From: Prochlorococcus sp. MIT 0801 | Lineage (GTDB): Bacteria > Cyanobacteriota > Cyanobacteriia > PCC-6307 > Cyanobiaceae | NCBI RefSeq assembly: GCF_000757865.1 | Contig: NZ_CP007754.1 | Location: 1,800,001 to 1,832,000 of the forward strand | DNA: 32,000 nt | Direction: 5' to 3' | In this document: one piece after another, positions 24,696 through 32,000 of the stretch | How positions within the stretch are numbered: the first letter of the stretch is position 1 | Layout: the number at the start of each line of letters is the position of its first letter | The notes under the pieces: generated by a model | The model's database searches: none | What the model saw: the letters and a program-made list of their open reading frames with translations, nothing else | What the model was told of the DNA's origin: nothing | Made by a program: the position numbers and the translations under genes

Positions 24696-24731
24696 GATTG
24701 GAAAATTCTTTATTTAATAACCATCATTTTA

Positions 24732-25181
24732 ATGGTAATTCATATCATAAAACATGCTGAAGGTGCTCCAGGTTTACGGTTACTAGGACTGGGACCAGGT
24801 TTACTGCCTAGCGATGGGTTGAAAAAGCTACAGAACTTATTTAATAGAAATGCATTTTGGGCCAAAGATAGAGATTTAAAATCTATTCGCAAAATGCTAG
24901 CGAATAGTTCAGGTGTGATTAGTATTTGGAAAAACAAAGAGATAATTGGCTTTGGAAGAGTAACTACTGATTGTTCATATAGAGCGGTAATTTGGGATGT
25001 TATTGTAGAAAAACAATACCAAGGCAGCGGAATAGGAAAACTTGTTATTGCAGAAATACTAAAGATGAAAAAACTAAGACAAATTTGTAAAATATATGTA
25101 ATGACAACAAATCAAAAAGACTTTTATCTTCAAATGGGCTTTAAATTGGAAGAGAATCAATATTTAATGATTAAAGAATAG
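24732..25181 (+). CDS. GNAT-family N-acetyltransferase
   Basis: 149-aa ORF with GNAT motif A (VIVEKQYQGSGIGKLVIAEIL) and a C-terminal FYLQMGF. Substrate unknown. Confidence 0.75.
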   Translation: MVIHIIKHAEGAPGLRLLGLGPGLLPSDGLKKLQNLFNRNAFWAKDRDLKSIRKMLANSSGVISIWKNKEIIGFGRVTTDCSYRAVIWDVIVEKQYQGSGIGKLVIAEILKMKKLRQICKIYVMTTNQKDFYLQMGFKLEENQYLMIKE

Positions 25182-25182
25182 A

Positions 25183-27435
25183 CTAAATATGATTTGAATA
25201 AATTTGTATAAGTAAAGATTCATAATCCTGAACAAAACTATCAGAATTAAAGAACTTTGAGTTATCATTTAGATCATACAACTTATTTTTGATTTCATCA
25301 AAAAACTCGTAATTAGTGGCAAGATTAAATGCTAATTCTTCATATTCAGATAAACTTCTAGCAATTAACTTATTAAGTCCTAAAGCATTTAATATACTTG
25401 ACGACATTCTAGATGTATAACTTTTTCCTTCATAGGCAATAATTGGTGTACCAGCTTTAAGAGCAATAAAAGCTGTAGCTCCAGCAGAGTAATTAAAAGT
25501 GTCTAAAAACAAATCTGCATTTTGATGTCGAATTATATGATCATTTAATGGTAATGTTTCAGCAAAAACTAGTCTTTTAGGATCTATTCCTCTAATTTTG
25601 GCTGAATTTAAAAGATTTAATTTTGTTTCTTCTGAAGACTCATATAACCACAATATAGATTCATCAACCCTTTTTAACAAATTCATCCAAATATCAAACT
25701 CAATAGGGGATATTTTGTAACTAGAGTTAAAACAAGTAAAAACAAATTTATTATTAAAATCAACATCTTTATTTAATTCAGGAGATTTACAAATTCTTGG
25801 TAATTGATCATCGTTACACTGATATGTAAGAGGTAAATAAACAACTTTCTCGGAATAGTACTTCTTCATATTATTAGGTATTAAATATTGATCAGCAATT
25901 ATATAATCTATACAATCGGAACCAGTGCTTCCTGGATAGCCTAAATAGGAAATTTGAATAGGAGCTATTCTATGAGCAAAAATAATAAAGTTGTTACCTT
26001 TTGTATAACCCATTAAATCAATTGCTATATCGATATCATGACTTCGAATCAATTCAATCTGTTCCGAATTAGACAAATTTTCTATCGGAATATATTTAGC
26101 TTTCAAATTTTTTATTCGAGAAGTATAAGAATCAGTCTTGTGATTATCTAATGAATATAAATACAACTCAAACTTACTACTATCATGAAGTTCTAAAGTT
26201 CGTATCAATAATTGAATTACTGGATGATCATTAAAATTAGCTGAAATATAACCCAAACGTATTATTTTTTTTTGCTTAATGATAATACTTTTTTCCTCAA
26301 CATCGAAGTAAAACTTAAATAACCTTTTAGCTCTAATTAAATCAGTTTTGGGATCATCATACATAGCTAACATCCCCAAATGAACAATAGGTTTATCGCC
26401 TTTAATTCCTATCCTATTTGCTATGACTAAATCATTTTCAAACTCTTCCCAGTCACATAATCTATGTTTTAAATGAATCAAATCTGCATGAGCCTTATAA
26501 AAATATTTATCAAGTAAAATAGCTTTTTTAAGATAGTCTATAGACTTTAAGAAATCACCTTTCTCTTTAAAGGCATTAGCTAGATTATACAAATAAATTG
26601 GATTATTAGAATCAAGAATAACTACTTTTTTTAATAAATTTATAGCCATATTTGTATTACATGTATTAATATATAATACCGCTAAGCTATTTAAACTATT
26701 GACATGATTAGGATTATTTTCTAAAGCTTTTTTATAATAAAATTTTGCTTTATTAATGTTTCCAAGTTCCTGTAAACATGTACCTATATTACTTAAAGAA
26801 TCAGCATGAAAACTATCTATTTCAATAACCTGCTGATAAAAATTTAAAGCTTTTTTGAATCGCCTTAAAGAAAAATTTAAATTACCTAAATTAAATAATG
26901 CTGGTATAAATTTCGGATTAATTAAAATAGAATTTGTATAGAACTTTATTGCCTTATCATAATCTTTTATCATCACATATGCAATACCTAAATTATAATT
27001 TATTTGTACGTTATCATTATCAATAGAAAGTGCTTTAGTTAAAATCTGTATCGCCTTCAATGGATCCTTACTCATCATCAAATTAGCAAGGTTAGTTAAA
27101 GCAGGAAGATAATTCTTATTGATATTTAATGCCTGATTAAAATAATATTCTGCTTGAACAAAATCTCCCTCTGCCTTAAAAATATAACCAAGACAATTAT
27201 AACCCTCAGTATAATTAGAACAAATAGAAATAGAGTTTAGAAATAAAGTTTTTGCTTCCGTAAAGTTATTTAAAAGTAATTCCACATAAGCAAGACGAGC
27301 TATATAAAAATGATTATCAGGATCTATCTTTAATAATTTATTATAAATCAACTTAGCATCATGAAAGCTTGACTCTTTAATATACTTTTCAGATAAATTC
27401 TGTAAGGTTTTGATCTCTTCTTTATTGATTTTCAT
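25183..27435 (-). CDS. TPR-repeat protein fused to a GT41 (O-GlcNAc transferase / SPINDLY-like) glycosyltransferase domain, paralog A
   Basis: 750-aa ORF. The N-terminal ~330 aa are consecutive 34-aa TPR units (A..Y/F...L.I.P.. periodicity). The C-terminal half has OGT catalytic-domain blocks: IRLGYISANFNDHPV, DIAIDLMGYTKGN, FAHRIAPIQISYLGYPGSTGSDCIDYIIAD, YYSEKVVYLP and HQNADLFLDTFNYSAGATA. Confidence 0.85.
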   Translation of the reverse strand: MKINKEEIKTLQNLSEKYIKESSFHDAKLIYNKLLKIDPDNHFYIARLAYVELLLNNFTEAKTLFLNSISICSNYTEGYNCLGYIFKAEGDFVQAEYYFNQALNINKNYLPALTNLANLMMSKDPLKAIQILTKALSIDNDNVQINYNLGIAYVMIKDYDKAIKFYTNSILINPKFIPALFNLGNLNFSLRRFKKALNFYQQVIEIDSFHADSLSNIGTCLQELGNINKAKFYYKKALENNPNHVNSLNSLAVLYINTCNTNMAINLLKKVVILDSNNPIYLYNLANAFKEKGDFLKSIDYLKKAILLDKYFYKAHADLIHLKHRLCDWEEFENDLVIANRIGIKGDKPIVHLGMLAMYDDPKTDLIRAKRLFKFYFDVEEKSIIIKQKKIIRLGYISANFNDHPVIQLLIRTLELHDSSKFELYLYSLDNHKTDSYTSRIKNLKAKYIPIENLSNSEQIELIRSHDIDIAIDLMGYTKGNNFIIFAHRIAPIQISYLGYPGSTGSDCIDYIIADQYLIPNNMKKYYSEKVVYLPLTYQCNDDQLPRICKSPELNKDVDFNNKFVFTCFNSSYKISPIEFDIWMNLLKRVDESILWLYESSEETKLNLLNSAKIRGIDPKRLVFAETLPLNDHIIRHQNADLFLDTFNYSAGATAFIALKAGTPIIAYEGKSYTSRMSSSILNALGLNKLIARSLSEYEELAFNLATNYEFFDEIKNKLYDLNDNSKFFNSDSFVQDYESLLIQIYSNHI

Positions 27436-27465
27436 AATGCCATAATGATATATTTTATAAGATTT

Positions 27466-29616
27466 TTAAGTATTAAAATGTTTAATATATAGTTTTTTAT
27501 ATAAATTATCTAGTTCTTTTGTAAATAATTGAGAATTAAAAATAGATGAATCCTCTAATGACATCTTTAATTTACTTTTAACATGATGCAAATAATCTTT
27601 ATCTCTTGCTAATTTCAAAGCTAACTGCTTATAGTCTTTTAGGTTGTAAGTTATTAACTCAGTCATATCTATAGCTTGTAATAAGCTACTACTCATTCGT
27701 GCGGTATAACTATTTCCACATAGAGTCACAATTGGAACTCCAGAAGCAAGAGATAGCCATGCTGTTGCACCAGAAGAGTAGCAAAAGGTATCTAGAAAAA
27801 CATCTGCATTTTGGTGTCTATTTAAATGACTTTCAATTGAAACTTTTTTCGAAAATATCAATCGTTCTGCATTAAGCCCATTATCTTCAGCATAAAGAAT
27901 TAAATTTTTTTTTGATAGTTCATTAGATGCATAAATCCACAAAATACTCTCCTCAAAAGTTAATAATATTTCTATCCATACATCAAAAATAGTTTTACTT
28001 ATCTTGTAATTGGCATTAAAAGAAGTAAAAATCACTTTATCCTTAGGGAAGTCTTCTAGAGTATCCTTTTTAATACCTTTGGGAATAAGTCGATCGTCAT
28101 GAGCTAAATAAGTATTCGGAAGATAAATTACTTCTTCTGAATAAAATCTTTGATGTGATTCAGGTATTAAAAATCTATCTGCAATTAAATAATCTATAGC
28201 ATCCGAGCCAGTAGTTCCTGGATAGCCCAAATATGAAATTTGGATTGGAGCTAACCTATAGGAAAATAATGCAAATCTAGTATCTGTTGTAAATCCCATT
28301 AAATCAATCGCTATATCTATAGAATCCTCTCTAACCTGACGAAGTACTTTTAGATCATCTAATCCCTTAATATCAATATATTTATCTACATTATTTCTAA
28401 TTTCCCAAGTAAATTCATCTTCCTCAAAAGTAGAATACGAATAAGCGAATACCTCAAACTCATCTCTATTATGAAGTTTTAAAATATATCTAATTAATAA
28501 AGTTACAGGATGATTATTAAAATTTGCAGAGAAATAAGCAATTCTAATCTTAGACTTTTTAATTTTTTTAATTTCTTTCGATTCTCTTTTAAAATTTTGA
28601 AGAAAGAAATTCTTTGCTCGAGACAAACTTAAATTAGGTTTGTCCTGAAAAGACATAAATAGCATTGGGGATATAGCATTATTACCAGAGTCAATATTTT
28701 CTAACAAGGAAATATCCTGAGAGTAGTCAGACCAATCACAAATATGAGCTTTAGATCTTAATAAATAAATTATTAAAGATTTTTGTAAGGGATTAATGGA
28801 AAGTACTTGTTGATAAAGTGTAATAGCTTTTACATAGCATTTATTACGAAATTCAATATGTCCAAGATTAATTAGTGCTGATTCAAAATTAGGATTAATT
28901 AAAAGAACTTCTTCAAAAAGTAATTTCGCCTTAGGATAAAATCCCATCAACCCATATGTAATTGCCAAACCATGTAATGCTTTATAATTATCTTTCTGTA
29001 TATTTATCACTTTTTCAAAATAATTTATTGCTAACTCAAATTTAAATTGATTTCTAAATAAATTCCCCAATCCTATAATGGAATCAAGATGATTTGGTCG
29101 TATTAATAAAGCTTTTTGATAATTCTCTATTGCTAAACTATACTGATTTTGCAACTTAAAAGCTCTACCTAAAAATGAATAAGCTTTGAAAGAATTAGGT
29201 TCTAATTCAAGAACTTTATTAAAATACCTGATACTATTTACAATATCTCCAGAATCTAAATAAATTAAAGCTAGTGTTTGATAATAATTTGAACATGATG
29301 GTTTAACTCGAATTGACTTAAAAGCATAATCAAAAGCCTCATAATAATTTTTTAATTCCTTATAAGCTATAGCTAAATTATTTAAAGCATCTGAATCTTT
29401 TGGCTGGATAAATAATGCTTTTTTTAAGAAAAAAACCGCACGCTTCAATTCCTGTTTCATCAAACATATGGCACCTAAATTCGCGTAAATAACGTTATTC
29501 TCAATAGCATCATCAATACAATCTAAATATACTTTTTCTGCAAGATCTATTTGACCAATTTGAAGGTAATCTAAGGCCTTTTGGAGTCTTTCTTTAGTAG
29601 TTTTCCTTGAGCTCAT
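27466..29616 (-). CDS. TPR-repeat protein fused to a GT41 (O-GlcNAc transferase / SPINDLY-like) glycosyltransferase domain, paralog B
   Basis: 716-aa ORF with the same architecture and blocks as paralog A: IRIAYFSANFNNHPV, DIAIDLMGFTTDT, FSYRLAPIQISYLGYPGTTGSDAIDYLIAD, FYSEEVIYLP and HQNADVFLDTFCYSSGATA. It starts 22 nt downstream of the tRNA-Gly 3' end. Confidence 0.85.
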   Translation of the reverse strand: MSSRKTTKERLQKALDYLQIGQIDLAEKVYLDCIDDAIENNVIYANLGAICLMKQELKRAVFFLKKALFIQPKDSDALNNLAIAYKELKNYYEAFDYAFKSIRVKPSCSNYYQTLALIYLDSGDIVNSIRYFNKVLELEPNSFKAYSFLGRAFKLQNQYSLAIENYQKALLIRPNHLDSIIGLGNLFRNQFKFELAINYFEKVINIQKDNYKALHGLAITYGLMGFYPKAKLLFEEVLLINPNFESALINLGHIEFRNKCYVKAITLYQQVLSINPLQKSLIIYLLRSKAHICDWSDYSQDISLLENIDSGNNAISPMLFMSFQDKPNLSLSRAKNFFLQNFKRESKEIKKIKKSKIRIAYFSANFNNHPVTLLIRYILKLHNRDEFEVFAYSYSTFEEDEFTWEIRNNVDKYIDIKGLDDLKVLRQVREDSIDIAIDLMGFTTDTRFALFSYRLAPIQISYLGYPGTTGSDAIDYLIADRFLIPESHQRFYSEEVIYLPNTYLAHDDRLIPKGIKKDTLEDFPKDKVIFTSFNANYKISKTIFDVWIEILLTFEESILWIYASNELSKKNLILYAEDNGLNAERLIFSKKVSIESHLNRHQNADVFLDTFCYSSGATAWLSLASGVPIVTLCGNSYTARMSSSLLQAIDMTELITYNLKDYKQLALKLARDKDYLHHVKSKLKMSLEDSSIFNSQLFTKELDNLYKKLYIKHFNT

Positions 29617-29638
29617 CTATTTAGTCAGAAGGCTCAAA

Positions 29639-29710
29639 AGCGGATGAAGAGATTCGAACTCTCGACATTCTCCTTGGCAAGGAGATGCTCTACCACTGAG
29701 CTACATCCGC
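29639..29710 (-). tRNA. trnG: tRNA-Gly (anticodon GCC), CCA not encoded
   Basis: The minus strand reads GCGGATGTAGCTCAGTGGTAGAGCATCTCCTTGCCAAGGAGAATGTCGAGAGTTCGAATCTCTTCATCCGCT and folds into a cloverleaf. Acceptor stem is GCGGATG/CATCCGC, D stem GCTC/GAGC, anticodon stem TCTCC/GGAGA with loop TTGCCAA, and T stem GAGAG/CTCTT (one G-U pair) with loop TTCGAAT. The discriminator is U, as expected for bacterial tRNA-Gly. Confidence 0.95.
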
Positions 29711-29793
29711 ATCAAAACCCGAAGATCTTGTTTAATAAGCATGCCTCAAAAGAGGTGATGTGGTCAAATGATTTTCTTAAGTAACAAGATTAC

Positions 29794-30270
29794 TTAATCC
29801 AACGCCTTCATCAATGACGCCATCTCTAGGGCTTGTAAAGCATAACTCCATCCAAGATTATTCTTAATTCCTGCTCTCTCTAAGGCCTGCTGCATAGTAT
29901 CTGTTGTTAAAACCCCAAAAATAATAGGCAATCCTGTTTCTCTGGAGACAGTAGCAATGCCTTTACTTGCCTCGGATACCACAACATCAAAATGAGGGGT
30001 ATCGCCGCGAATAACTGCTCCCAAAGTAATTACAACATCATAATTAGCTTTTCGAGCAAGTTCTTGCGAAATAATTGGTAGCTCAAATGCGCCTGGAACC
30101 CAAGCCACATCCAACTGATTACTGGACTCTGAAATATTAATTCCATGCCTAGAAAGGCAATCTAAACAGCCGCTTAAAAGCTTAGTAGTTATAAGATCAT
30201 TAAATCTAGCTACCACAATAGCTATTTTAAAAGAAGATGCTTTCTCAAAGGTACCCTCAATTGTCGCCAT
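29794..30270 (-). CDS. ribH: 6,7-dimethyl-8-ribityllumazine synthase
   Basis: 158-aa ORF with [38 protein letters not shown] and [11 protein letters not shown], all canonical RibH blocks. Confidence 0.93.
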   Translation of the reverse strand: MATIEGTFEKASSFKIAIVVARFNDLITTKLLSGCLDCLSRHGINISESSNQLDVAWVPGAFELPIISQELARKANYDVVITLGAVIRGDTPHFDVVVSEASKGIATVSRETGLPIIFGVLTTDTMQQALERAGIKNNLGWSYALQALEMASLMKALD

Positions 30271-30375
30271 TTCTTAAAGGCTTTTTATACTCACTAACAC
30301 TAACGTCTTTCGAGTAAATTTAAAACATCAGCTTTAAAATTTAGTTTGTATATAGATCTTACTTAATTAATGTTC

Positions 30376-30591
30376 TTACACACTCATTTGATGAGTGATG
30401 TATTCGCCAACTAAGGCCTGAAGGAGGACCAAATGAAACCAAACTCCTGCAAGGATCTCGATCTTTTTAATATTGGGATTTCTATTGTCCTCTGGGTTGG
30501 TTTGGGTCATGTAAAAAACAGGAACACCAATTACCAAAAGCAAAGAAGAGAACAAAAGTGCGTTAGCAACGACTGAATTAATAGCCAACAT
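30376..30591 (-). CDS. psbZ: Photosystem II reaction-centre protein Z
   Basis: Two predicted TM helices and the PsbZ-like block LLLVIGVPVFY. The track ORF (to 30618) begins at a TTG (plus-strand caa at 30616-30618). The first ATG is at 30591..30589 and gives a 71-aa product, closer to the ~62-aa PsbZ norm. The ribH/mutS neighbourhood is consistent with picocyanobacteria. Confidence 0.7.
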   Translation of the reverse strand: MLAINSVVANALLFSSLLLVIGVPVFYMTQTNPEDNRNPNIKKIEILAGVWFHLVLLQALVGEYITHQMSV

Positions 30592-30742
30592 AGTTGAAGC
30601 TGCAGAAAAATTTCTCAATATTCAATAATTCTCCCATGTAAGTGTTTTGTTTGAGTTGTTCATCTTCATATTTGTAGCGAGGCTTCACATGCAAAAAAAA
30701 TTAATTCTTCTAATATGCATTGATTAAACAGTGAGCAATGAA

Positions 30743-32000
30743 ATGGCTGCCAGCCAAAACCCCATACAAGGCAGTCTATTCGGGGAAAATGAGCACATCG
30801 ATATCAATGATGCTGAAAGGCTTAATAGTTCAGAAGCATCGAACGGAAATCTGTCACATCAACAACTAGAAGAAGACGCATCGCTTAGACCTCGCATAAA
30901 ACAGACTGCTAAAAATCAAAAACAAATCATTGATTTTGATGAGTTTTCTCATGTAGAAATCGAAGAACCCAAATGGTCACATCACAATTTACCAAAAATT
31001 GATGATCTCACTCCTGCACTAAGACATTATGTCGAATTAAAGAAAGAAAATCCTGACCGAGTTTTGCTTTATAGGCTTGGAGATTTCTTCGAATGTTTTT
31101 TTGAAGATGCAATAACACTCTCACAGCTTTTAGAAATCACACTCACAAGTAAAGAAGCTGGGAAAAAAATTGGCAAAATCCCAATGGCTGGAATTCCTCA
31201 TCATGCATCTGATCGTTATTGCACAGAACTAATTAAAAAGGGTTTATCTATTGCTATTTGTGATCAACTTGAAGCTGCTCCAGCAAAAGGCAATAAATTA
31301 ATAAAAAGAGGCATAACAAGATTAATCACCCCTGGAACAATTCTAGAAGAGGGAATGTTAAGTGCTAAACAAAATAATTGGCTAGCTTCTGTTCTGCTAG
31401 AGGCCAAATATAATCCAGCAATAATACACTGGTCTTTAGCAAAAATAGATGTAAGCACCGGGGAATTTATTGTTCAAGAAGGTCAAGAAAGTAATAATTT
31501 ACGTCACGAATTAATTAAATTAAATGCAGCTGAGGTTATTTCAGAAAAAAACTCAATTTCAAATAAAATCTGGCATGAGGGATTAATAGAAATAACAGAA
31601 TTTAATAAAACATCATTCTCTAGCTTGGAGGCAATAACAACTATTAAAAATCATTATTGTTTAAATAATATTGATAGCTTAGGGATAAATGCCAACTCTC
31701 TATCAATCAGAACTATTGGAGGGTTAATTTCATATTTAAATAAAACGCACCCAAATATAGATAATAAATCTAACAATGAAATCAAAACAAATATCTGTAT
31801 TGATTACCCTCGAATAAAAAATAGTCGATCTGGATTAATTATAGATAGTCAAACACGAAGAAATTTAGAAATTACTTCAACTCAGAAGGATGGAAAATTT
31901 CAAGGCTCATTACTTTGGGCAATTGATAAAACATTAACTGCAATGGGTGCAAGATGCATTAGGAGGTGGATAGAAGAACCTTTAAAAGATATTAATGCAA
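30743..32000 (+). CDS. mutS: DNA mismatch repair protein MutS; N-terminal ~419 aa, 3' end runs off the window
   Basis: Absent from the ORF track because it is open at the window edge. From the ATG at 30743 (an in-frame GTG at 30731 is also possible; the in-frame stop is at 30725) it reads MAASQNPIQGSLFGE.... Further on come TPALRHYVELKKENPDRVLLYRLGDFFECFFEDA, PMAGIPHHA and ICDQLE...RGITRLITPGT, the canonical MutS domain I. Confidence 0.9.
   Translation, partial: MAASQNPIQGSLFGENEHIDINDAERLNSSEASNGNLSHQQLEEDASLRPRIKQTAKNQKQIIDFDEFSHVEIEEPKWSHHNLPKIDDLTPALRHYVELKKENPDRVLLYRLGDFFECFFEDAITLSQLLEITLTSKEAGKKIGKIPMAGIPHHASDRYCTELIKKGLSIAICDQLEAAPAKGNKLIKRGITRLITPGTILEEGMLSAKQNNWLASVLLEAKYNPAIIHWSLAKIDVSTGEFIVQEGQESNNLRHELIKLNAAEVISEKNSISNKIWHEGLIEITEFNKTSFSSLEAITTIKNHYCLNNIDSLGINANSLSIRTIGGLISYLNKTHPNIDNKSNNEIKTNICIDYPRIKNSRSGLIIDSQTRRNLEITSTQKDGKFQGSLLWAIDKTLTAMGARCIRRWIEEPLKDINA

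Noticed and set aside
1-29616. Looked for mobile-element hallmarks in the island: integrase, transposase, IS inverted repeats, phage genes, or a direct repeat of the tRNA-Gly 3' end.
   Set aside because: Every ORF of 60 aa or more is accounted for by sugar-metabolism or surface functions. I saw no recombinase motifs and could not spot a partial tRNA copy by eye. A computational search for the tRNA 3' 20-mer is still advisable, since eye-scanning 30 kb is unreliable.

Overview
This is an AT-rich, very tightly packed window. It carries psbZ (photosystem II) next to ribH, mutS and a tRNA-Gly(GCC), so it comes from an oxygenic phototroph. By composition and gene packing it best fits a low-GC marine picocyanobacterium of the high-light Prochlorococcus type; that assignment is inference, not a database hit. 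Only the right ~2.4 kb (tRNA-Gly, ribH, psbZ, mutS) looks like core genome. Everything to the left of the tRNA (~29.6 kb) is a cell-envelope glycosylation island.

Reading right to left, the island contains:
- Two tandem TPR + GT41 (OGT/SPINDLY-like) glycosyltransferase paralogs.
- A small GNAT acetyltransferase.
- A complete dTDP-L-rhamnose operon (rfbA-C-D-B).
- A SAM methyltransferase with a C-terminal extension, followed by a 1217-aa glycosyltransferase with three GT4 modules.
- A GDP-mannose 4,6-dehydratase-like gene on the + strand.
- A 6.8-kb gene for a 2270-aa protein with no Sec signal and no cysteine. It is rich in Thr/Ser/Ala/Gly/Asp and built from DUF4214-like motifs, 4 Calx-beta-like modules and 5 copies of a 235-aa RTX-like repeat. 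About 1.6 kb of it is perfectly periodic at the nucleotide level.
- An 8-gene operon: GT2, rfbF, rfbG, an RmlC-like epimerase, a C-methyltransferase, a DegT aminotransferase, a NeuD-like acetyltransferase and an AsnB-like amidotransferase. It predicts an unusual CDP-activated, C-methylated, N-acylated amino-6-deoxyhexose.

I recognised no transposase, integrase, CRISPR array, toxin-antitoxin pair or known defence genes. The most interesting hypothesis is a self-contained surface-layer or adhesin system: a giant RTX-like protein plus dedicated glycan-synthesis and possibly protein-glycosylation genes, sitting at a tRNA-flanked hypervariable locus.
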